Origin: a virus
Taxonomy: Duplodnaviria > Caudoviricetes
Direction: 5' to 3' (one strand)
Virus record (IMG/VR): IMGVR_UViG_2795385551_000010
Span: 38,919 to 102,918 of that record
Length of the DNA stretch: 64,000 bases
The stretch's first letter is position 1. Each line of letters opens with the position of its first letter. Shown piece after piece: positions 51,322-60,667 of this stretch. The notes under the pieces were generated by a model. The model saw nothing but the letters and a program-made list of their open reading frames with translations. It did not search any database and had not been told where the DNA came from. A program made the position numbers and the translations under genes.

Positions 51322-51980
51322 TTAACCCTTTCCTTAACTTCGAGCAGCCACGCCTTTTGCGCCTCACGGATAAGGTCGCGGCGCTCGCTCGCATCAATCC
51401 CGGACGGCAGATCGGGGATTGTGAAAATGAACCCAAACGGTTTAAGCGGACTCACGTCACCCGTACGCCAGCAGTCCCTAAGCACATTCAGAAGCGATTG
51501 ATTCTGCTTGTGGGTATTCATGGCCTGTGATACCAGCGACGGCAGTAGAGACGGCGATAGATCCTTTTCCGTCCACAGCACTAGTCCGCGTTTTACGTGG
51601 TCAGGGTCGATGCCTTCCGCGATAAGTTCGGCGGCTCGCCTGGCCAGTTGCTTACGGATAGCGGATGGGTGTTCGACCGGCACGACCTCGCGCACCATGG
51701 CCCCGGCAACGGTGTCCGGTTCCACGTCGTCATTCCAGTCCGCGTAGTCCTTCATCACGTAGCCGGAGCTGGTTTTCAGCCATAGCCGTTCACGCACAAG
51801 AGCGTCTATCTCGTCTTGGGTGCCCAGCTCTAGCGCCACGTCGGGTGTGATGTGCCCGGCTGTGCGTTTGTAGCGGCACCATGAGTTAGCGCGCGCCCAC
51901 AGCCCGATTGCTGCGTTACCGGCAGCTTTTACCTTCGGGTGATCCCAGAATTCGCGATCAATCCTGCCGCTATCACTCAC
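51318..51980 (-). CDS. Replication initiator-like protein
   Basis: FWDHPKVKAAGNAAIGLW; sits upstream of helicase. Confidence 0.6.
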   Translation of the reverse strand: MSDSGRIDREFWDHPKVKAAGNAAIGLWARANSWCRYKRTAGHITPDVALELGTQDEIDALVRERLWLKTSSGYVMKDYADWNDDVEPDTVAGAMVREVVPVEHPSAIRKQLARRAAELIAEGIDPDHVKRGLVLWTEKDLSPSLLPSLVSQAMNTHKQNQSLLNVLRDCWRTGDVSPLKPFGFIFTIPDLPSGIDASERRDLIREAQKAWLLEVKERVK

Positions 51981-52336
51981 TCGTCACCCTTCGCTTTAAA
52001 TCCCGCACACGCGGGCCACCAGGCCCGCACATCGGACGATTCCGAACCCGTCTCGCGGGGATATACAGTCCGTTCCCCGACCTGTAGCGGTATTAGGCAC
52101 TTAGGCCACCCCCGCCCGGTAACAACCCGGTATTCACAATCGCCACATGTCAGTCCGTCGCCGCCGCGCTCTCTGGCCGCGTCCTCGTGCAGTCGAATTG
52201 ACTTGCCTAGCGGATGCTCGCCGCGCATGATTCGGGTTTGAACCAGCCGCTTACGGCGCTCACCCCTGGTTAATGTCTCGGCAGCCGGTGGAATCAAGTA
52301 GGCGTCATCGGGGATATCGAATAGCCCGTCTGTCAC
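51977..52336 (-). CDS. Hypothetical Cys-rich protein
   Basis: CGDC...KC...WPAC. Confidence 0.6.
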   Translation of the reverse strand: MTDGLFDIPDDAYLIPPAAETLTRGERRKRLVQTRIMRGEHPLGKSIRLHEDAARERGGDGLTCGDCEYRVVTGRGWPKCLIPLQVGERTVYPRETGSESSDVRAWWPACAGFKAKGDE

Positions 52337-52620
52337 GGATACTTGTCACCAACCTTGTAGCGGTCATACTCAGCCGGGGTCACATTCCGCCAACCCTCTT
52401 CACGGCTGTTCTTAAGCCTTAGTTCGTATTCTTCTGGCCAATAGGTCGGCGTGATGATCGGAATACATATCCGGCTAGTTCCGGTGCCGGAGCACTGTTG
52501 TGTCGTGCTGTATTGAGTCCACGCCGGGGAATAATGCTTATCAACCACCGTGCCGGACTTAATTTGCGAACAACCGGCCACCAGCAGAACCGACGCCAGT
52601 ACCGCGAATAGCTTGCGCAT
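52333..52620 (-). CDS. Putative lipoprotein
   Basis: Lipobox VAGC. Confidence 0.65.
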   Translation of the reverse strand: MRKLFAVLASVLLVAGCSQIKSGTVVDKHYSPAWTQYSTTQQCSGTGTSRICIPIITPTYWPEEYELRLKNSREEGWRNVTPAEYDRYKVGDKYP

Positions 52621-52949
52621 CAGAAAAGCACCTCTTGAGTTACGAGGCTGCCGAACTTAGTAAGCAGCACCCAATCCGAGCCGCGCCTAAGCAACGGCAC
52701 TTCTGCCGGTTCCTGCCAAGGCCGCACATGGAAACCCTCGGCAGCCGCAGCGTCGGGGTTGTGTTCAATCCAGCCGTGGCAGCCCGTGGTGCCGGAGCCG
52801 CAGACCGCGACTATGTTTTCCGGACTCCACGGACCACCCTGGCCGCGTTTCTTGCGGTGGTGCATCGACAGCCCTACGGCGCGGCAGCAGCGTTCACAGA
52901 ACCCCTCTGAGCGCTCTTGGACTATCTTGCGGCACTGCTTTTCATTCAC
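52620..52949 (-). CDS. HNH endonuclease
   Basis: CERC...HHRKKR...N...CGSGTTGCHGWIE. Confidence 0.8.
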   Translation of the reverse strand: MNEKQCRKIVQERSEGFCERCCRAVGLSMHHRKKRGQGGPWSPENIVAVCGSGTTGCHGWIEHNPDAAAAEGFHVRPWQEPAEVPLLRRGSDWVLLTKFGSLVTQEVLF

Positions 52950-53422
52950 TTACCGATCAGGCCAACAATCTGCGCGTAAGCCGCATCGCCAATCCGCTTA
53001 TTGATACCCGTAATGGTCCCAATCAAGTTCGCAATAGAATCAGCGGAATGCTCTTCGAGCACCTTCGGGTCGAACGCCAGCACCGCGAATGCGTTAAGCG
53101 CACTCGCCACAATGCCAGCCTCTTTAGCGGACAGTTCCAAGGTAATGGTCTTGCTCATGTTTAGCCTTTCATTCAGAGGGGATGCCCCAGCGGTGCCCGC
53201 ATTTACGGCACACTCGCATTACTTCGTAATCAATTAGTTGCCGCTGGATCGGCTGGATTCCCGTTGACATGTAGCGATACGTCACATCGCCGCGCGTCTC
53301 TTGCTGAATAAGCGGATAGCGCGGTATGTCGTTTAGGATGAATTCGTTTACTTTGTCAACGGTTTCTAGCCAGTGGACGTTGAATTCGCCGCAGGCTGAG
53401 CAGGAATCCCAGGCCCGGAAAG

Positions 53423-53770
53423 TCATCTACCCGAGACGTTGTATTCCTGCATGATCAAACGCGCAGACGTTTGCAAACCAGACAACTCTTTCTCCAAGTC
53501 ATCTTTCTTATCCTGCGCATACTTCATCGTGACTTCGGAAGTGTCCATCTGCTCCCAAAGCTCAGCGTTCGCGATCAACGCCATATCCTCACGATCAGAC
53601 CGTGAACCCGAACATTCCTGACGCTTAGTCGCTAGCGCGAGCTGATACTTACGCTTAGCGGCCAAATACTCATCGCGGGCATTCCGAACCACAGCCGAAC
53701 CCTTAGCGATGTAAGACACCACATCGCGGATACGAGACTCAATCTCGACCGGATTAGTCGGTTCAGCCAC
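53423..53770 (-). CDS. Coiled-coil hypothetical protein
   Basis: NPVEIESRI; heptad pattern. Confidence 0.6.
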   Translation of the reverse strand: MAEPTNPVEIESRIRDVVSYIAKGSAVVRNARDEYLAAKRKYQLALATKRQECSGSRSDREDMALIANAELWEQMDTSEVTMKYAQDKKDDLEKELSGLQTSARLIMQEYNVSGR

Positions 53771-53929
53771 TAGATCACCTGCACAGGCTCTTTATGCCAC
53801 CAGCGCCGAATCTGGCCCCAAGCAAGACAGCCGGAGCACAACAGCAAGTGGTCGACAATGCCGACCGCATGCGTGGCCTTCTGACCGCAGTGGTTATCGC
53901 AGTCAGGCATCAACGCCTGCCACCATGCC

Positions 53930-54682
53930 TTACCCATCGAGCGTCACCAACCCTGATTCGAGCGCCGTCTTAAACGCCTTCACCACGTCGGCAGAGGCAT
54001 CCCGCAGCGACTTGCCGTCGTTGTCCTTGCTGAACTTGTCCGCGATCTTCTGCAAATCCCAGCCCTTAGCGTCAGCAGTGGCTTTCAGTTCTTCGCGCGC
54101 CTTGTCGGCCGCAGATGGCTTAGCCTTCGCCACCGTCCGCTCCGGACCCGAGGCCCGCTCGTGCGACTCGGCATCCGGATCAGCGTCACCAGTCGGAATC
54201 ATCAATGCCTGCAACAGGAACGTGCGCAGCGCGACCGACTCGGCCTTGGTCATTGCCTTATCGCCGGAGTCGGCAGCCTCGCCGTACGTGACGCCGCCAA
54301 AATGGTCTCCGCGCGGCCCGAACACCGTGAACTGCATCTTGGCGAGACGGTTAACCATCTTGCCGCCCTTAGCGGTCTCATACCGTTCCGCCTCATGCTC
54401 AATCGCAATCGGAATCACGGTCACGCCATGCTTACGGAGCGACGGGCCAACGGCGTCCATCACCGCGTCAATGCCACGGAAATAGAATCCCTGTTGCGCG
54501 TTGCGGGATTCCTTAGCGATTGACCGAACGTCTTCCATAACCCGGCTCCACGCTTCAAACACGGTGGGCACCGGATCGTAGTAAGCCGGATCTTTAAGCT
54601 TGTCTTCCAACTCGTCCAGGCGGGCAATCAGGCCCTCGTAGGTGATCTTGCCTTTTGGTTCGGCCTCTGCCATATCAGTCAT
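53930..54682 (-). CDS. ERF-family ssDNA-annealing protein
   Basis: FRGIDAV...GEAADSGDKAMTKAESVALRTFL...DADPD. Confidence 0.85.
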   Translation of the reverse strand: MTDMAEAEPKGKITYEGLIARLDELEDKLKDPAYYDPVPTVFEAWSRVMEDVRSIAKESRNAQQGFYFRGIDAVMDAVGPSLRKHGVTVIPIAIEHEAERYETAKGGKMVNRLAKMQFTVFGPRGDHFGGVTYGEAADSGDKAMTKAESVALRTFLLQALMIPTGDADPDAESHERASGPERTVAKAKPSAADKAREELKATADAKGWDLQKIADKFSKDNDGKSLRDASADVVKAFKTALESGLVTLDG

Positions 54683-55044
54683 GGAATGCTCACTCTCCAC
54701 CCCTTGGAAAGGGCGTCGGCGTGATCGACGGCCCGACTCCAAGGCTTCTTGTAGTCCTGCGCTGCCTGCGCGTTGGTCAACCACTTAATTTCACCAGCAT
54801 CGAGCGCTAGACCCAGCGCCATGTAAATATCCGCGATGCCAATACTGTTCTTGGGACTCGTCTCGAAAGTTGAATTGATCAACCCAAGTTTCCACAGCGC
54901 CTTGCCGATAAGACAGGAAGGCTTGCCATTATGCACGTACACGCACCGTGCGGTTAATGCGCAGGGTGGCTCGTATATATAGTCCGGGGTTTCTGCGGCG
55001 AACTTACGAACCCAACTAATGATGTTCTCGCCAATCAGTGACAT
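54679..55044 (-). CDS. Hypothetical protein
   Basis: CVY..GKPSCLIG...AQAAQD..PW. Confidence 0.6.
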   Translation of the reverse strand: MSLIGENIISWVRKFAAETPDYIYEPPCALTARCVYVHNGKPSCLIGKALWKLGLINSTFETSPKNSIGIADIYMALGLALDAGEIKWLTNAQAAQDYKKPWSRAVDHADALSKGWRVSIP

Positions 55045-55104
55045 TTACGCCGCCGCCACCGCAAGGGAAATAACCAACAGGAACAACAAACCAGCGATAA
55101 TCAT

Positions 55105-55944
55105 TTACACCTTCACCAATTTAGAAATCTTGCGGGAATCACGAACCTGCGCCGACAACTGCGCCAACTCCCAGCCCTTATCCAAATCAAGCCAATACAG
55201 CTCACAACGCGGCTCATCCTCACGAATAGGCGTATGGATAAGCAGCCCCCGCGACTGATCACACTTAATCGGCGTCCGCTTACCCGACTCCTGGTCGTAC
55301 AAGACACCCCGCGACGCAATCGCGACCTGAATAGTCACCTTCAACGGAAAATCGGGCTCGCTAGAACCCGTCTTATCGTCAGCCGCATACACAGTCCCGG
55401 TGGGCTTGTGCAGCAAGTAGCGGTCTGGATTACCGGCAGCCTGCACACCGTCATTGACGATGAACGGCTCAATAAGCACCGGATCGAAATCCTCAAGACG
55501 TACTTGCCGTGCCTGAATCCATGGCTCCAACTCGCGCGGCACGTACTGCGGTTTCTCGCCGCCGTCCAGTACCTCACACAAGCCGTGGAACGCCGTCCCC
55601 ATGCCGCTCGCGTCATCCGCGCCACCCAGAGACCGGGCACGCTCCACAAGCTCTTTCAGCGGCTTCTTAGCAGCCGGTACAGCCCACGGATCTTCATGCG
55701 CCGACACCAGGTGCGCCAACTGCGCATACAGCGCCTTGGACTTAACAATGCCCATCATGGCGCGAGCCGATGACCAATCCATCAAGCCGGACTTATCGTC
55801 CAGCGTCCCGGCAAGCGTGGAAATCCGGGTATAAGCCTTAGCGTTAACCGGCGTCTTCCGGCCCGGCGCGTACTGTAGTTTCTCGCCGTTCTGGGTTACG
55901 AAAGGCCGACCCCAGAAATCCCTAACAATGCTGTAATCAGTAAT
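55105..55944 (-). CDS. RecE/Cas4-like PD-(D/E)XK exonuclease, probable ATT start
   Basis: RDFWGRP...YTRISTLA, GTAFH, E...AGNPD...DDKTG...Q. Confidence 0.8.
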   Translation of the reverse strand: MTDYSIVRDFWGRPFVTQNGEKLQYAPGRKTPVNAKAYTRISTLAGTLDDKSGLMDWSSARAMMGIVKSKALYAQLAHLVSAHEDPWAVPAAKKPLKELVERARSLGGADDASGMGTAFHGLCEVLDGGEKPQYVPRELEPWIQARQVRLEDFDPVLIEPFIVNDGVQAAGNPDRYLLHKPTGTVYAADDKTGSSEPDFPLKVTIQVAIASRGVLYDQESGKRTPIKCDQSRGLLIHTPIREDEPRCELYWLDLDKGWELAQLSAQVRDSRKISKLVKV

Positions 55945-55987
55945 TTATCGGCCCCCCTTTGTGCCGACTTAAACCCGCACAAGCGGA

Positions 55988-56197
55988 TTATTCGGGGGCA
56001 ACCGCCGTTACCCTTGCCCATTGGCTGCCATTAATCGCCGTGTGAACGCAACCGCGCCTCATGGACAAGCTGCCGTTATCGTTGTTCACCAACTCGTCAA
56101 CCACGTACGTTTCCGACTGCCCATCTACGAGCGTGACGACAACCTGAATGCCTTTTTCCTCATCGCCCATCGGGCCACTCCTAAGTTTTTGGGGCAC
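55988..56197 (-). CDS. Small hypothetical protein
   Basis: AGGAG RBS before the internal ATG (MGDEE). Confidence 0.5.
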   Translation of the reverse strand: MPQKLRSGPMGDEEKGIQVVVTLVDGQSETYVVDELVNNDNGSLSMRRGCVHTAINGSQWARVTAVAPE

Positions 56198-56237
56198 AAA
56201 AAAGCCCGGTCAGCACCCCCCAAAGGCTGACCGGGCT
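56198..56237 (-). terminator. Intrinsic terminator closing the DUF2828/RNA-array unit
   Basis: 12-bp perfect stem AGCCCGGTCAGC/GCTGACCGGGCT plus T run. Confidence 0.85.
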
Positions 56238-56248
56238 CGCGGCTTAAC

Positions 56249-56444
56249 GGAGCACCTGTTTTAAACAGTTACCAATTAACAGTTACCTTTAGATTGCTGC
56301 TAGTGTTCCCGACCGCAAAACTGGACCCGTTCTTTCCCATATGCAAGGTAAGTAGTCGCTGTATGGGTCCACAAAGTTTTTAAACTGGGCGCACTCATTT
56401 TTCATTAGAAGTGAAATTTTTGAGTGTGTTGCTGTTCGCGCCCA
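56249..56444 (-). ncRNA. Array of three 50-61 nt stem-bulge RNAs with anticodon-like loops
   Basis: Units 56386-56444, 56322-56371 and 56249-56309; each has a 7-bp closing stem of different sequence plus CAGC(A/G)A. Confidence 0.7.
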
Positions 56445-56485
56445 CAAGCTAAACAATACCGCGTCAGGGGTACACTCCCAAACGA

Positions 56486-57928
56486 TCAGACAACGATCTG
56501 CTGATAACGCGGCCCATTCACGACATCTTGCACCAATTCCGCAGGTGACTTACCTTCCACCGCCATACCGAACACGGTTGGCGACAGACCGGAAACCAAC
56601 GTCACATGCCCATCGTGCGCGAGCGCCGGGTAGTTACTGTTCCGGGCATTCACATTCCAGAACACCACGTGAGGCAGTTCAAGTCCCGCGTCCGCGAACT
56701 CGCGCTTAGCGGCCTCGAAAATCGTCGCAGAAGCACTCGGCTGTCGACCCCACCGGCCAAGCCCGAACGCTGCATCGAATTCCATATCCGACACCACGTA
56801 CAGCGTCTTAGGAACCTCACCCGACCGCTTACCAGCCTCCAAGATGGCGCGGAACGCTGCGAACAGGTCCGTAGAGCCGCACCAGGTGGTCGAATGCTGA
56901 ATCGCATTCATCCGCTCACTGAGCGTCCGGCCGGTCACCTTTTCAAGCTTCGGCGTAGACGAGAACGTCATGAAGTGATCCTTGTACGCGCCCTGGTTGC
57001 GGTCGGCAAAGTAGAGCGCCAGCGACACCGACACCGACATAGGACGGCCCCACATCGACCCGGACACGTCAGCCAGCACGATCCCATCGTTACCGCGCGT
57101 GTAGTCATGCAGATTGGCCCACAAGGCATCTGCCGCCTTCGCCTGGCCCGCGTGAACCATGTCATACAGCTCGTACGGGTACAGCGTGCCCGCATTCACC
57201 TTCGCCTCACCCTTAACGACCGAATCAAGATAAGCCTGATACTCGGCCGGAGTGTTCCGGTAGAACGCCTTAACGTGCGTCTTGTGAGCGCGCGACGGCA
57301 GCTTGCCCCAATCAATCTCTTTCCACCGCTTAGCCGACATGTCGTGCTCAAGCAGCGAGATACGAGACCGCAGACGCGACAACACCTTTCGGTACTTCCG
57401 CTGATCCAAGCCGATAGCCTTACGCAGGTTGATCGCCAGATCCTTACGCGCCTTGGACTTGTCGGATGGCAGCCACTTCGCGAGCAGCGACACCGACTTA
57501 CCCTCGCTAAAGTCCTTGGCGTCCTTAACAAGCTGATCCCCGATGAGCGCGGAGATACCCGGCGTCACATTCGAGCCGTCGTAAAACACGTCATCCCAAC
57601 GGCCGTACTCCGGGATATGCACGAGCAGTGCTTCCGCCGTCGCCGGAGCCATCGCGGCCAGACTGCGGTAGCACTCACGGAACACGGCACGCTCGCCCTG
57701 CCCGCCGCGCACATCACGCAGATAGAACATCGTGCGGACTGCCGTCTGCGGATCTTCCAAGAAAGCCTTCTCGAAAAGCTCTGCCGCCTTCGCAGGGGTA
57801 TCCCGCATAGCACCAGCGGCCGCAAAGTAATCCACCACGGCGTTAAGGCTTGACTTGTTCGTCGCCGCGCCGTTCTCAGTCAGCGTCAGGTTATCCTCAC
57901 GCAGCAGTTCATCTAGAAACGTCGTCAT
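56486..57928 (-). CDS. DUF2828 protein (TROVE/Ro60-like helical domain plus vWA)
   Basis: TENGA, RDVRGGQGER, YGRWDD, AKWLPS; MIDAS DVSGSM, T, SDMEFD; VFWNV. Confidence 0.9.
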   Translation of the reverse strand: MTTFLDELLREDNLTLTENGAATNKSSLNAVVDYFAAAGAMRDTPAKAAELFEKAFLEDPQTAVRTMFYLRDVRGGQGERAVFRECYRSLAAMAPATAEALLVHIPEYGRWDDVFYDGSNVTPGISALIGDQLVKDAKDFSEGKSVSLLAKWLPSDKSKARKDLAINLRKAIGLDQRKYRKVLSRLRSRISLLEHDMSAKRWKEIDWGKLPSRAHKTHVKAFYRNTPAEYQAYLDSVVKGEAKVNAGTLYPYELYDMVHAGQAKAADALWANLHDYTRGNDGIVLADVSGSMWGRPMSVSVSLALYFADRNQGAYKDHFMTFSSTPKLEKVTGRTLSERMNAIQHSTTWCGSTDLFAAFRAILEAGKRSGEVPKTLYVVSDMEFDAAFGLGRWGRQPSASATIFEAAKREFADAGLELPHVVFWNVNARNSNYPALAHDGHVTLVSGLSPTVFGMAVEGKSPAELVQDVVNGPRYQQIVV

Positions 57929-58242
57929 TCCTCAATCTCCCCAAACACACGCTCGTAGTCCTTAGCGGACATCATGTGAACATTGCCCGTGCTCGGTACA
58001 AACACCAGATAGTTACCCGGTGGGACAACCAGCCCGGTTCCACGGAACTTAAGCCGCTTAAGCGAACCGTCCTCGTTAAAGCTCACCGTCAACTGTCCAA
58101 GCTTGGACTTCTTTTCGCAGGACAGCGACAACATGTAGGTGATCGCGCCGAGGTTCCGGCCGGTCACCTTAGCCGAGTACACAAGTTGATCCATCGGAAT
58201 TGCCCGCGTAAGACCAGTGGTGCTAGTCAGTTTCTTGCTCAA
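57925..58242 (-). CDS. Hypothetical protein
   Basis: ATGA-coupled to DUF2828. Confidence 0.6.
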   Translation of the reverse strand: MSKKLTSTTGLTRAIPMDQLVYSAKVTGRNLGAITYMLSLSCEKKSKLGQLTVSFNEDGSLKRLKFRGTGLVVPPGNYLVFVPSTGNVHMMSAKDYERVFGEIEE

Positions 58243-58460
58243 TTTCGGTTACTCCAATCGCAGGAAATGCCACCTGCTTTTGCGCCTTCGGTAATCCAGA
58301 CAATGCAAGGAATGTCCCTACCGCCAGAACGAATGGCCTTAGTGGTGAATTGGTCAGGGCCGGAGATGGACTGGTTATCGGCAGTCGCACATCCGACCAG
58401 AGCGCCGGTAAGACCGGCAGCGATAACGCCACCGGCCACCAGCATCTTTACCCGCGTCAT
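58239..58460 (-). CDS. Small lipoprotein
   Basis: Lipobox LVGC; GGISCDW. Confidence 0.65.
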   Translation of the reverse strand: MTRVKMLVAGGVIAAGLTGALVGCATADNQSISGPDQFTTKAIRSGGRDIPCIVWITEGAKAGGISCDWSNRN

Positions 58461-59356
58461 CGCGCAGGCTGCGGAACAACATAAGTCGGCTGGTAAGGGT
58501 TACCGCCCTTAGCAATCAACTGGTCACGCAGGTACGACTCGATATCCGGGTAACCCGCGATAGTGGCCTGCTGTTGCAAAGCCTTCTGCCGGGCAACTTC
58601 GGTCTGCGACTGAGCCGCCTTAACCTCCGCATCAGCGGCAGCCTTCTTAGCGTTAGCATCCGCCACGCTTGACTGCTCCCGGTTAATCGCGTCCTTCAAC
58701 GCGGCGTCAACCGGCTCCGGCTTCATAACTGTGACCTGGAAATTGGTGAAATACTCCTGCCCATCGGTGCGAGCCTTAGACGCGCCCGGCAGGGTGTTCT
58801 TGAGTGCGTTTTGGAACTCGATACGCACCTTCTCGTCATTCCAAATCTGACGCCACGTGAATTTCTGCGCCACCGACGTAAGGGTCTGCTCCAATGGCTG
58901 GCCCACAACGTAGTTGACGAGCTGCACCCAACCGGCAGACTGCGTGCCGTCATCGTTAAGCCAGCCCTGATACTTGGTGCCGAAATCCCGGTGGAACTGA
59001 GACAGCTTGTCGCAATCCGAGGTCAGATCCATGGTCACAACCACGGGAACCTTCAACTCGGCCGGTGCCTCCGCACTGGACACCACCACATAGGGCTTAC
59101 GCTCCGAACCGTCCGCGCCGGTCGCATCCCAACTGATCTGCCGGGCAGGGTAACGGTAAGCCTTGAAACCACCGGGCGGATTCATTTCCGAGGTCTCCGG
59201 CTGCATGCAACCAATGATCTTCGGGGCGGTCGGGATAAAGGCGTAGTCGTCAACCTTCACCGCCATCTCACCGGCCGGAATCTGGGTCGCACACGCAGAC
59301 AAGCTAAGCGCCGCCGCAGCAGCGAAACCGATAGCGAGAGCCTTATTACGCTTCAT
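58457..59356 (-). CDS. SPFH/Band-7-like lipoprotein
   Basis: Lipobox LSAC; C-terminal Ala/Gln coiled coil. Confidence 0.75.
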   Translation of the reverse strand: MKRNKALAIGFAAAAALSLSACATQIPAGEMAVKVDDYAFIPTAPKIIGCMQPETSEMNPPGGFKAYRYPARQISWDATGADGSERKPYVVVSSAEAPAELKVPVVVTMDLTSDCDKLSQFHRDFGTKYQGWLNDDGTQSAGWVQLVNYVVGQPLEQTLTSVAQKFTWRQIWNDEKVRIEFQNALKNTLPGASKARTDGQEYFTNFQVTVMKPEPVDAALKDAINREQSSVADANAKKAAADAEVKAAQSQTEVARQKALQQQATIAGYPDIESYLRDQLIAKGGNPYQPTYVVPQPAR

Positions 59357-59625
59357 TACTTGGAATACCTTTCAGGTAGGGTGATATTTGTTTGTTGCTT
59401 AATTAGGTCGATAGCGCGTTCTGTGACCTTCGCGTCGTACTCCGCTTGCTCGCGCGCCAGCAGTTTCCGGGCATGTTCCTTGCGCTCTTTACGGGACAGG
59501 AACCTAACCGGGTCCACGATTCCCTCAAGAATGTGGATCAGCATGAAACGGTGGACAATGGCGTACACCGAATAGATGACGAACGCCACCACCATCACAA
59601 TTGCGAGCAAGGCTAGAACCCTCAC
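59356..59625 (-). CDS. Small membrane protein
   Basis: N-terminal TM helix; precedes SPFH gene. Confidence 0.6.
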   Translation of the reverse strand: MRVLALLAIVMVVAFVIYSVYAIVHRFMLIHILEGIVDPVRFLSRKERKEHARKLLAREQAEYDAKVTERAIDLIKQQTNITLPERYSK

Positions 59626-60431
59626 GTCTCAACCCCCATGTTGTCCGGCGTAAGGAACATGGTGTTTTCAGCAAGACTCGAATTGTCCCGGTCCAAACCA
59701 AATACCCGCGTAGTCGTTGCATTCGGCCGCAGCAGATCAGCGCGATACTTCACGTGGTAATGCCCGTGAATGAATAAAGCGGGGTCTGTCGCGTCGACAA
59801 TCTCGCGGACAATCGCCCGATGCTCACCGGCCAGAATCAAATCTGGCTCCGGGAAATACTGCCCCTTGGTCTCCGTACCGATGCCCGGAATATCCACGCC
59901 TCGCGGCGCATCGTGGGCAATGATCACGTCCACGTTTCCCGGCCGCGACGCATACTCGACCTGCTCAGGTGAAAGGAACTCCCCCGGCCACCAGTCCACG
60001 CCCTCACGACGCACAATACGGTCCACTGAATGCGCCCCACCCAACGCCATGAACGTCAGGCCCCACCAATCCCAGCGGTACCCACGGGGAAGATGCTGGA
60101 TACGGTCAAAGTCACCGAACATCGTCGGTATGCCGCCCGGCACGTTGCATTCGTCAAGCTGCGAATGATCTTCGTGATTACCGTCGACCCAGAACAACAC
60201 CATGCCGCGCTCCGTAAGCATCTGATTAATGCCCAAGAGGTAAAAGTAGGTGCGCTCACTCGGCGTCCAGAATCCGAAATCGCCCACATGGAGAATCGTG
60301 TTCGCCCCGTTAGCGTCAGCGTGCTTAATTGCCTTAGCGGCCCAGCTAGGATCGCCGTGCCAATCACCGGCAACCATGATTTTGTTTGGATCTTTCAGCA
60401 TATGGTCAACCTCGTTTTCACTACTCCGCAT
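59622..60431 (-). CDS. Calcineurin-like metallophosphoesterase
   Basis: GDWHG, GDFG, GNHE, HDAP, HGHYH. Confidence 0.9.
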   Translation of the reverse strand: MRSSENEVDHMLKDPNKIMVAGDWHGDPSWAAKAIKHADANGANTILHVGDFGFWTPSERTYFYLLGINQMLTERGMVLFWVDGNHEDHSQLDECNVPGGIPTMFGDFDRIQHLPRGYRWDWWGLTFMALGGAHSVDRIVRREGVDWWPGEFLSPEQVEYASRPGNVDVIIAHDAPRGVDIPGIGTETKGQYFPEPDLILAGEHRAIVREIVDATDPALFIHGHYHVKYRADLLRPNATTTRVFGLDRDNSSLAENTMFLTPDNMGVET

Positions 60432-60667
60432 CGCTTACATTCACGTTCCTGCCACGCCAAAACGTCGTAGCTTGATCTGGGTTTGCACCAAGGCGTCCAT
60501 TTGTGCCAGCCGAACTGGCACCTCACCCCTTAACCTCCGCGCCAGAATGAACACGCGGCCCGGACTTGCCCTTACCGCAATCCGGTAGGTAACCCTTCTC
60601 GGAAGCCCAGCCATGCAAATGCAACTGGTATTCCTCCCGGTACGAATGACCACACCCAAGCGGGCAC

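Noticed and set aside
56249-56444. CRISPR array interpretation of the three repeats
   Set aside because: Conservation is structural with only a 6-nt shared core; no identical direct repeats and no cas operon
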